64,000 nt of DNA. Source: Macrostomum lignano. Taxonomy: Eukaryota. The notes beneath the pieces were generated by a model. It worked only from the letters and a program-made list of their open reading frames with translations, made no database searches and was not told where the DNA came from. Of the stretch, positions 1-10,215 are shown piece after piece; the first letter of the stretch is position 1, and the number at the start of each line of letters is the position of its first letter. Position numbers and translations under genes: made by a program. The stretch spans positions 1 to 64,000 of the forward strand of contig NIVC01000680.1 of NCBI GenBank assembly GCA_002269645.1. The letters are read 5' to 3'.

Positions 1-50
1 GTCAGACATTGCTTCCTTTAGCTCATTTTCGCTTACTGACGCAGCCAGGC

Positions 51-1279
51 TTAAACTCTCCACTCATTTAAAAAGCATTGGGATCTGTGAAAGCCACCCA
101 AGAGACTTTTACTGGATTGCTCCATCTCGTCCAACACTCGGCTGACCGCTTCAAAGGTAAACAGACTCAAACTGCCATAGACGAAGTACTCAGACAGATA
201 GTGGGAATAGAAAGGCGACATAGCTGTTTGCAGAGGAAACACATCGTCTTGCATATTCAACACCTTGATCCCGGCTGTGATTGGAGACGAGATATCGATC
301 GTTGCCTAGTCAAAGTCGACACTAATTGATAATACCTGTTGCCTAGCAGAGCGATGGCAAGAAGCCTGCCAAAATGTTGATTATCGATGTGCCGACGAAC
401 TGAACCAATAATCCTTGGAAACTTGTCACTTTAGCCAACAAAATCAACCGTTTAAAGTATTGAATTATTAGTAAAATAACTGATTATCTCGTCGAAATTA
501 AGCCGCTCTACACTAGCCGGGTATTGGTCGATGCCGACACATAAGTTAGCAAAGCCCTCCTGAAATTTCGGATCCCAACTACCCGTTAGCAAGCTGCGCT
601 TATCAAAGGAGATTTCGGCTTCCAGTAAACCATCAAAATCAGACTTGATGAGGAAGGCTATTAGAGACTCCACAGTCCACTGATCCTGACTAACGGGTGT
701 GGAGTATTCGAAAATCTGTCCTAGCAGCGTCTTTACAGTTCGAGCCTTTAAGCTATCAGACCAATCCAAGATATGCATGCATAGCCAGTCTACGCAGGAA
801 TTGAACAGTTCAATGGTCTTCTATTAGGCCGTCTCCAGCAAAGAGTTCGTACAAGTTCCTAGCGATGGATTCAGACGTCAAAGTATCCGTGCTGACCTTC
901 ATCAGTTCAAACGGGTCGCGGTCGAGCTGCAGCGGATCTCTCGGCACACTACCTAACGCGTCGAAGCCCACCTGTTGGTTGAAATTTCCGCAGGAGAATT
1001 CGTATAGAAATCCTGACAAGGATTGGCACTTCTGTTCATCCAGCCGAGCATGCGGGTGACCTCGGACAGGCTCACCGCGGTCAGCGTGGTGCTGTTGAAC
1101 TTCACAGTAGGAGCGATGCGAACTCCTCCGCATTGCACCTCCGCTACTAGACGCAGCAGGGCTGCGGCTAGCAGCACAAAACTATAAGACGTCACCAAGC
1201 TATTCAAGATTTCCCCAGAGCTAAGCGAAATCAACCCGACAGTTCTCAAGAGAGAGAGGGTGACAAAATTTATAGCCAA
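51..1279 (-). pseudogene. Frame-broken coding-like tract of unknown protein (pseudogene, assembly indels, or very short introns)
   Basis: Protein-like ORF pieces 953-1279, 810-1133, 452-778 (extendable to about 820) and 51-263 abut or overlap in alternating frames. A further frame change lies near 450-270. No family recognised. Confidence 0.45.
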
Positions 1280-1605
1280 ATTTTGTTAAAATTATTTCTA
1301 GCTACAGTGTCTTAATCCAATTTTGGTAAACAGAAAATTTCTACATTTTTGTTGGCGCGAAACTCTTATTGAAAAAAGAAACTACGAGCCTGAAAACAAA
1401 CAAAAAACAACAATTAATTACATCGTTAATTCCAGTCTTTCGCTTTGTTAATGCAGACACTACCAAAATCAAGCGGTATATTTACACTTAGCAATGGCTA
1501 TCATAGAGATTAATAATTTGTACAGATTTCGTCGAAAACCACTAAGTAAGTTCCAGGATCATAAAGCGAGGCTAGGGAATTGGGGATAATAAAGTGAAAC
1601 TCGAG

Positions 1606-2150
1606 ATCAGGAAGTGACACTCGGGAACTGAAAGTAGGGATCAGGAAGTGACACTCGGGCACTGGAAGTAGGGATCAGGAAGTGACACTCGGGCACTGAA
1701 AGTAGGGATCAGGAAGTGACACTGGGGCACTGGAAGTAGGGATCAGGAAGTGACGTTAGGGAACTGAAAGTAGGGATCAGGAAGTGACACTCGGGAACTG
1801 AAAGTAGGGATCAGGAAGTGACACTCGGGCACTGGAAGTAGGGATCAGGAAGTGACACTCGGGCACTGGAAGTAGGGATCAGGAAGTGACACTGGGGCAA
1901 TGGAAGTAGGGATCAGGAAGTGACACTGGGGCACTGGAAGTAGGGATCAGGAAGTGACGCTCGGGAACTGGGGATCAGGAAGTAACACTCGGGAACTGAA
2001 AGTAGGGATCAGGAAGTGACGCTCGGGAACTGGGGATCAGGAAGTAACACTCGGGAACTGAAAGTAGGGATCAGGAAGTGACGCTCGGAACTGGGGATCA
2101 GGAAGTAACACCGGGAACTAGGGATCAGGAAGTGACGCTCGGGAACTGGG
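1606..2150. repeat. 34-bp minisatellite (GGGATCAGGAAGTGACACTCGGGCACTGGAAGTA), shorter variants at the right end
   Basis: Direct reading of tandem units. Confidence 0.95.
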
Positions 2151-2291
2151 ATTAAAATAAAAAACTGAAAAAAACTCACTTCTTGTTTCTGCAACGCAGA
2201 ATTTTTCTCTACTTTTACCTTTAAAAGATGAATAACAATAGGCGACTCCCCGTTCGGGTTCATAAAAGATAAAAATTCCAGTTATGCCATT

Positions 2292-2971
2292 CTATCCGTG
2301 ACTAGCCAGTACATGAAAAAAATGAAACACTTCGTCGGAATCTTGCACGGCAACCACTGTGCCGCATACCGAACACCGCACAGGGTGGTAAACTTCTTCG
2401 TGATTTGTTGTTCCACTATTCCTACTGCCGCCTCCATCGCCCAGAGAGGTAGCATCGGTGGCATTTAAAGTTTCATTCGTATTGACGCAACAATTGGTAA
2501 CGAACATGGCTCTGTACTGATTCTTGTAGCGAACGTGGCGTTGACAATCGAGACAGACTAACGACATGCAGGCTGGGCAGTTGAGCACCGCGTCTGTGGA
2601 CCGGCCAGCGCCCGACAAGGCGGTACCGCGCAGCCGATCAACCCACTGCTGGTCAGCTGCGTCAGCATCTGGATCGTAGTGCGGAGCTGGCGGCGTCTCC
2701 GCTGTGCCATCAGCGCCTTTACTGATGGCAGCTGCACCGCCTTCGGCAAGCTCAGTCTCCTCGTCTACATCTTCATCAAAGTCCTCATCCTCTGGAATCT
2801 CTTCGCGATCCTGAAATTTTTGTTGCCTTGCATTTGTTTCTTAACAGTTGTAAGAGCTGATAGTAAGCTTATGACGTTCTCGAGACTGCGTCAAGGACTA
2901 CTTAAGTAGAAGAATGGGAACCTACGCTTCTTAAAAACATTTTAGGAGACAGGTTTTACCGAAAAATTCAT
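2292..2971 (-). CDS. EAPP: E2F-associated phosphoprotein-like (Eapp_C zinc-binding domain)
   Basis: Main exon 2810-2292 starts at a TTTCAG acceptor. It reads [10 protein letters not shown]...[14 protein letters not shown]...[20 protein letters not shown]...[10 protein letters not shown]...[32 protein letters not shown], which is typical of EAPP. The start is either a 12-nt exon 2971-2960 (ATG AAT TTT TCG|GTAAAA, phase 0) or comes from trans-splicing. Confidence 0.9.
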
Positions 2972-2990
2972 TATGGTTAGTTAGCTGGCA

Positions 2991-3333
2991 GGGTCGCCAT
3001 CATAAACCCGAAATATCATAAATCCGAAATGTTACAAACCCGAAATATCACAACTCCGAAAACCAAAATAGCATTGCCCATCACAAACCCGACATATCAC
3101 AACTCCGAAAGCGTTAGCAACGCACAACATAAACCTGAAATATCACAAACCCGAAATATCATAACCAAAATAGTGTTGGACATTGCTAGAACTTTGAAGT
3201 TATGATATTTCGGGTTTATGATGGGCAATGCTATTTTTTCGTAGTTATGATATTTCGGGTCTGTGCTATTACGGGTTTATGATGGAAAGCTCTTTTCGGA
3301 GTTGTGATTTTTCGGGTTTGTGATGCCCCCCCC
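2991..3333. mobile_element. Foldback-like MITE made of inverted ~18-bp subrepeats (CATAAACCCGAAATATCA), 8-bp TSD AGCTGGCA
   Basis: The left arm (~2998-3166) and right arm (~3200-3326) are reverse complements. AGCTGGCA occurs at 2983-2990 and 3334-3341. Confidence 0.75.
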
Positions 3334-3616
3334 AGCTGGCACACTCCAAGCGACATTGTCACACAACCGGCGAGAGGCATTACTGCCCATTCCGCCGACT
3401 CCCCTGAGCAGGCACACAAGCGCGCGGATACGTACGCAGTCATACGCACAGGCACACACTCACACAGGAGTGTACATCGACCCAAACTTTATATTATCGT
3501 TAGGCATGTACACTTCACTGCGCCTTGGGGGTTGGCCCTCAAGGGCGTTAATTGACGAGCAGACTCGAAATTAATGTGACTGCACTTGGAATCGAGCCCG
3601 CGGGCCGCTGACACAT
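3334..3616 (-). mobile_element. tRNA-derived SINE family B, copy 1 (5'-truncated)
   Basis: Near-identical reverse complement of 4555-4830; also matches the copies at 32.4-33.4 kb and 34.7-35.1 kb. Confidence 0.8.
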
Positions 3617-4305
3617 CAATCAATCAATCAATCAATCAATACAGCTATATAAGAAGAGGCAAGACATGTCAAAAAGATGACCTTTTGTGCTGAAGAAATG
3701 AAAACCTCCAATCTCTGCAATGTATTTTGTTCGGTAAAACCTAGAAGCCACATCAAACTTTAGAAACCCACTTTAAATGTTCAACTAGCAAAGGGGGGGG
3801 GGGTGAGCATGAGCTCAGCGTATTCCGAGGTTAGCAGGTTTCGACTGTTTTTCGGTTTAGTTAAACGTACTCTGACTTAAACTGTCCATTGGGCTGTTTT
3901 TTCTCTCATTCTTTTCATTTTTATATCGTGTTTAGACAAAATCACTTACACGGGGTGTACTGTACAGTGAACCTGACTTAGAATACGTGAATCGAATGAA
4001 AAAAAAAACTGTTTTATAAAGTCATTCAGCTGTTTTTCAGAAAAATGATTAATTTTGTATACCATCATGATGTTTTTATGGTATATTAAATCGCATAAAT
4101 AAATTAGTTGGTTATTATTTATGAAACAATGCAAGAAAAAATTATCAGGAGTCAGGACAGATTCGGCACAAACAGAAATTTAAGTAGGAAAACAATATTG
4201 AAGTTAATATCTATTAAAAAGGCACAGCAGTCTAAAAGATTGTAGAGCAAAACTTATAAAAACCGTTCAAAGAGTTCTGTGTAAATAAAGTAGACAACAA
4301 GCTGG

Positions 4306-6103
4306 TCAGTAGCGTTTGCCGAGCTGCAGCGGATACGGCGGCAGATTGGCACCAGACGGAAACTTCAGCTGTGGCGGTTTCTGAGGCGGACAAAACCCGA
4401 ACGCCTGCAGGTAAATGATGGATTTTTACAAATATAATGTAATGAAAGTTATGAAAGTCAGGGCCATGTACACCCTGAGCTCTTGCCTGCCTACGTATTC
4501 GTGTACGTGTCATGGAATAGGCATGACTGACTAGGGGGAGGGCGTAGCCCAGTGGTCCAGCGCGGGGCTCTGATGTGCCAGCGGCTCCCAGGCTCGATTT
4601 CAAGTGCAATCTAATTAATTTAGGGCTCGTGCAATTAACGGCCTTGAAGGCCAACCCCCCAAAGCACAGTGAAGTGTACATGCCTAACGATAATATAAAG
4701 TTAGGGCCGGTGTACACTCCTGTGTGAGTGTGTGCCTGTGCGTATGACTGCGTACGTATCCGCGCGCTTGTGTGCCTGCTCAGGGGAGTCGGCGGAATGG
4801 GCAGTAATGCCTCTCGCCGGTTTGTGTAACTCTTAAAATCAGCACTCACTCTGGATCCTTGACAATATTCGTAATCGTACAGCGGTGTCTGTTGCGGCGG
4901 AGGTTGAGGCGGAACGAACGCCGAGCGCATTCCACCATACGGAACAGACTGGTGCTGGTTGGCATAATTGTAGTTAAAAGAAGAGGGCGACTGTGGCTGC
5001 TGGACCTGCAGCGGCGCCGGCTGCCACTGATCGCCAATGTCGCCAGTGTAATACGAAGGATGGTGCTGAACTTGGCTAAGAAATTCTTCCGGCATCACAG
5101 GACGACTACAATGACTTGGAGCATGATAGGCATCCAGATGCTGTGGTGGATTATAATAATAATTTGAATCGTGGCCAATTTGATGCCTTAGATGGTGAAA
5201 GTCTTCATTTGACGGAGCAGCAATACTGTTAACCATGGCCTCAACAGAGCTTAGGGACGACGACTCGACCGCAGCAGTAGCAGCGGGGTTGTCGGCAACA
5301 GCCGCGGTCAAATTTCTACAGTCAACCAGAGGCGGAGGCGGCGGCAGCACCTGAACATTTGGTGCAGTTGGTGGCGACCACGCGGACGCCGTTTCCATAG
5401 CAGCGGCGGCACGAATTTTGCGCCAATTGGCACTTTTAGCTGGCAGATCTTTGAAAAGTACTTTTTTAGATTGTTTATAGAATTTTTTCGGTCTGCTTCT
5501 GGCACTAGAAGAGGACTGTATCTGCTCTCGTGGAACAAATGTGTAAATATCAGCCAGTGGTATATCTTTATCCAGCAGGCCGGCATCTTTGAGGGCTTGC
5601 AGCACTTTGTTAACCAGATGCTCATCCGGCGGAATCCAGCGCAGCTGTACCTTACCATAGGCGCCGCTTTTCCAATCCATGTACTGCGACTTGTGATTGA
5701 CGAAGCAATGCTTCGACAGGCCCTGTATGCTAGTTTTGTGCACTAGACAGAACGGACAATTGACAGACTGCTTCGCTGAGTTGGTGTTGAACTGGTAGCG
5801 ACCGAAGCAGTTAATAAAGAATGGCGAAGCACTAGCCAACATGTCGGCTGGTAGACTTTCAATGTTAAACGCGCTGCTGGATGAGCTGCTACTGGCATCC
5901 ATAACGCTGGCTATAGCGGCAGAGTATCTGCAGCGCCCTTTCACGCTTAGCTGGTGCCTTTCAAGATTGCGAGACGATACAAATGATTTGCCGCACTTGT
6001 TACAAAAGTGGCTCTTCTTGCGAGGCTTTGGTGATAGTATCGTTACTTGTTGATGTAGCTGTTCTTGCAGCTTCTCAGTTGGCTCCATTATTAGTTCTGT
6101 CAT
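4306..6103 (-). CDS. C2H2 zinc-finger protein with Pro/Gln-rich C-terminus, ~450 aa; exons 6103-4850 and 4404-4306
   Basis: Zinc-finger motifs FCNKCGKSFVSSRNLERH and CPFCLVHKTSIQGLSKHCFVNH. Donor AGA|GTGAGT at 4849 and acceptor TTTACCTGCAG| at 4405 are both phase 0. Exon 2 reads AFGFCPPQKPPQLKFPSGANLPPYPLQLGKRY*. Confidence 0.8.
4533..4830 (+). mobile_element. tRNA-derived SINE family B, copy 2 (in the zinc-finger gene intron)
   Basis: The head GGGCGTAGCCCAGTGGTCCAGCGCG...CCCAGGCTCGATTTC has Pol III A-box and B-box-like motifs; the body is shared with three other copies. Confidence 0.8.
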
Positions 6104-7168
6104 CTCGTTCGCTTTATTTTCCTAACGGATCAAAAATGTTTTCATTTCGTCGCTTATTTATTGATGCGTGGAGGCTAAAAAAGCAGAGGGAGAAGCTGAC
6201 GATCATTTTTTGCTTGAGCTCCGGCCAATGATTGCCTCTATGCCCATCCAATAAACGGGTGGGCGTTTTTCAAACCATATTTGGATAATAAGATGGAGTT
6301 TACTGAGCTAGGAGTGGCTCTGGCTCTCAGACCCATGCGAATGTGCATCAGACTGTACCTGCTTAGCAACTTACTAACCAATTCCAATAGCTTGATTCTA
6401 GAGTCAGTAGCTCAACTCTTTTAAACAATAAACTTCCAGTTCCCATCGGTTGCAAACAAAAAGCTGCCCGCCCCCGACCGCACCTGCCTTCTTCTTCGCA
6501 TACGGGCGCCAAGCGTCTCTTCAACAGTTTCTGCTGGCTGTATGCGCCTGCAGGTTGAGCCACGCATCAACAACACTAAGAGCTTTTTTAACTCATCGCT
6601 TGGATGACTGCGCATATTTAATGAGAAAAATTGCCACAGCTAGCCATTGCTCTAGAAAAGCGTCAGTCTGAACAGGCAATTTCTGGTCAGCGTTTTTTTC
6701 TCTGCCATCCCATGCACAGCTCTGGGCCATCGGCTCTGTCTAATAATTTGACTTAAGCCCGTCAACGCCGGGTAGGAGAGAGAGAGAAAGAGAGGAAAAT
6801 ACTTCTCGTGATGAAGTGAGTCAGCGGCGTAGCTAGCAATTAGTCTCTGAGAATTTTTTATAAACCATCCTGTCAGAAAAGTTTTAAATTGGCATTAAAA
6901 CAGAAGCATATGGATGCTTGTAACTTCAGTTCGAGTCTCATCCCCAACCATATCTTGAGCACTTGATCATACACTTGGCAAGATTAACCCCAACAAGTTC
7001 TCCACTGTCTAACCATGCAAAGCTAGCTATAACTCAAGCGACTGAGCATAAAAGTAGTAAATCCTTGGCCTATGCTGTTTAGTTACCCTTTTTGTTGGTT
7101 TAGCGCACAAACTTCAGTTATACTACTCGTAGAATATCAGGAACTTAGTCTTCCTAAAAATCCGAAAG

Positions 7169-7476
7169 CTGGGGTCGGCAAACTCAAGTCCAGCCTGCAT
7201 AGCATCTCAATTTGGCCCCCAGGTCCTTTGAAACTTCACAATTGCAATTCAGCCCACTTAAGTTTTGTGCTTCTTCTCTGCTCTTTTCTCTCAAATAATT
7301 TCTTTTCTCTTCTCTCCTTTCCTCTCTGAGGCTAGCTATATTCTTTCTTTGCCTCTACTTTTCTTTATCCCTCCTCTATTTTCTGTGACCCTCTTATCTC
7401 TTCCCCTTCTTTGGCCTACAGTCATGCACTAGATTCTCTATCTGGCCTTGGAGGTAAAAAATTTTGCCAACCCCTG
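7169..7476. mobile_element. Degenerate hAT-like MITE
   Basis: Termini CTGGGGTCGGCAAA and TTTGCCAACCCCTG are near-inverted and resemble Charlie-type TIRs; the TSD is degenerate. Confidence 0.5.
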
Positions 7477-8231
7477 TTTTAAAGGAACAATAATGCTTAT
7501 TAACATCGTAGCAAAAATGCACTACATACTACTGCTGATCTTTTGATATAGTAGAAATTCAAGATCAGCTTTGTAGCTTAATACTAAATAGCATTAGTCC
7601 AGAACTAACAATGTGTAAACTAAAATTTATGATCAAATCCTAAAGGCTATTTGGTAAAAAAAATATCATTAGAAATTAAAGTTTCTGCTTCAAATAAAAT
7701 AAGAGCCTTTAATGTGCCATACAATTATTGACAGAAAGTATTTAAGGTACTTAAGGCTTATTTATGACATCTTGTCTAAGCCTGGTTCTTGAAGTGGAAA
7801 GCCTTTTTTGAAAAATAAACTTGTAGGCAACTATGCAACAAATATTTTTATTTTGCATATTTCTTAAAATAATATTTGTAGTTATTTTTTGTTCAAATTG
7901 AGCCAGACTTTAGCATAAATAGATACAATTCTCTACCAGAAGATAACTTTTTCCACTTCCACTATTTATAGGTTTTTAACCACTTAACCTAGATAGGATT
8001 CATGTCAAGGGGGAGGACAGAGACAAAAATCTATCTCCAATGGAAGCAATAGAAGCAAAATACAAAGGCAATAACCTCCCTTCCCAGGGGGACTTGTACT
8101 TACTGTCCTGCCCCTTGGCTACACATCTAATATAAATCTTGGAGAATAAATATAAAGTACTAAGAAGGTCATGACCCTCTAATCTTGGTAATGCTTAGAA
8201 CTAGAAGAAATCTATATGCAATTAAATATAC

Positions 8232-9058
8232 TACAAGGGGTGTCCAGAAAGTAGTGTTACTGTTACTTAGTGTGGAGGTATAGAAAGTTGCACTTGCATG
8301 CCATTTGAAAGTGGCAAGTCTCTAACTGTCTCTTCTTTAAAATGACACTAATTGCAAGAGATTTGAATATGTGCTTAAAGAGATATGGATAGTTAAGTAG
8401 AGAAAGGTTGGTCATAGACTTACACAAGCTAAAATTTAAGCTAAAAATAGCATTCAGCTTGAATTTTTATCGATTTTTCTCACATGCATAAACTGTCTAT
8501 GGCCAAATTTGATGCAGTAAATGAGAGGGGCTGCCTTAGAAAACTAAGACTGCAGTTGCTATGCTAAGTCCATAACAGTCGCGATCAATTAGAGAGCAAG
8601 GTTAGGAGGGTCCAGCTGCACCAGATTTTGAGAACTCTATGCAGATGCCATCGACAAGATGCAAGACCAATGGGAGAAGTGCGTCATGTCTGGTGGTGAC
8701 TACGTTGAGAAGACAACTCTGCCAACCAATGAGTGATTTTAACGTTGTTTGCTTGTATAACAATTTTTCCTGTTATCACCTGTTATCACTTGTTTTTAAC
8801 TGTACTTTTGTTGTGTTGTTTGGATCTTCTTGGAGTGATTAATAAAAGTTTTCTGCAGACACAGATTGTAAGTCTATGACCGACCTTTCTCTACTCAACT
8901 ATCCATATCTCTTGAAGCACAAATTCAAATCTCTTGCAATTGGTATCATTTTAAAGAAGAGACTTGCCACTTTCAAATGACATCAAACTCATGCAAATGC
9001 AACTTTCCATATGTTTACACTAAGTAATAGTAACACTACTTTCTGGACGCCTCTCATC
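8232..9058 (+). mobile_element. Internally deleted Tc1/mariner element with ~190-bp inverted ends
   Basis: TA-CAAGGGGTGTCCAGAAAGT on the left and ACTTTCTGGACGCCTCTCA on the right. 8234-8420 is inverted against 8870-9057. The remnant peptide LYADAIDKMQDQWEKCVMSGGDYVEK (~8636-8713) resembles the mariner transposase C-terminus. Confidence 0.85.
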
Positions 9059-9358
9059 TGGACACAAATTATGCAGGATGACAAGGTTGACAATGAGAAT
9101 TGAACTTTTACAACTTATAATTTATTTTAAAATTTGTTAAATTTGCTTTTGCAACTTGTTTCAATGAGGCCTCTCTCTATTTAAATACTTTTTTCACTTT
9201 AAAAGCATTATTTGCATTGTAATTCACTAATACAACAATATTTGCAAATAACAATATCAACTCAACTTGTTTGACTTAAGAATATTTGAATACTAAAACC
9301 ATAAATACTTATATGCTTAATATCTGGCTGATCTAGCTAGTATGATAAGGATCCCAGC

Positions 9359-9632
9359 CATACATGCGCAACCTCCAAAATTCAGTCGGCTGTGCAACTT
9401 GGTTTTTGGCCAAAAATGTGACTTACATATAAAAAAAATCCTAAAGCAAAATTAACGCAACTTTGGGTAAACGGCAGGAGTAACTATGACTGTCTTATTG
9501 AGGCAACATGCCTCGTCATCCACTTAGTACTACTTGGGTATTTATTCAGGTGGGCATTTTTGCAACTTCCTTGGTTGGCTGCCAAATTGGTTGGCCAGAT
9601 CGCCCGACTCGGCCGACTGTTGCGCATGTATG
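9359..9632. mobile_element. MITE with perfect 14-bp TIR (CATACATGCGCAAC) and 8-bp TSD ATCCCAGC, hAT-like
   Basis: TIRs at 9359-9372 and 9619-9632; TSD at 9351-9358 and 9633-9640. Confidence 0.85.
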
Positions 9633-10088
9633 ATCCCAGCCAAGGTAAATAGCAAAAATGCCTAAAAAGATATAGATGTAGTACCAATTAGTATGGAATA
9701 CAATCTCTAGATTAGGCCAAAATCACAGGATTCTAAATCCTGGAATCACAATTGTCTAAGATTGTAAAATCCCAAGATTGACCATTGGGGTCCTGATCTC
9801 AGTTGCAATAATTCAATCATTCATTCTGAAGTAGTAGTATCTACAGCCAAGCTAGTTAGGTGAAAATCATCACCTATTTGTCTTGCTTTGATTTATTAAT
9901 CTTTTAAGCATGCAGGCTAGTAAGAAGACTAGGGCAAGCAGGGATACAAAACTGAAGGTATTGGCAGATTATATGGAGATGTCCCAGGGCTCTTAATTAT
10001 TCTTTTGCCAGCCTTACTAGCTGCCACCAAGCTGTTACAGGGGTTATTCCTTCTTGTTAATATTGCTGGTTATTACCTGTCTTTTCCT

Positions 10089-10215
10089 AGTAGCGTATGT
10101 ACTTCTATTGGTAGCGTTTGTACTCTTATTGGTAGCATCTGTACTTTTTACTGCTAGCGTATGTACTCTTATTGGTAGCGTCTGTACTTTTTACTGGTAG
10201 CATATGTACTTTTAC
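10089..10215. repeat. Degenerate ~21-bp tandem repeat (GGTAGCGTATGTACTCTTATT-like)
   Basis: About six diverged units read directly. Confidence 0.7.

Noticed and set aside
1606-2150. CRISPR-like appearance of 23-47-bp repeats here and elsewhere
   Set aside because: Units are contiguous with no unique spacers, there are no cas genes, and the context is eukaryotic
6363-6780. Short ORFs upstream of the zinc-finger gene
   Set aside because: No recognisable motif or supported exon chain; probably promoter or UTR
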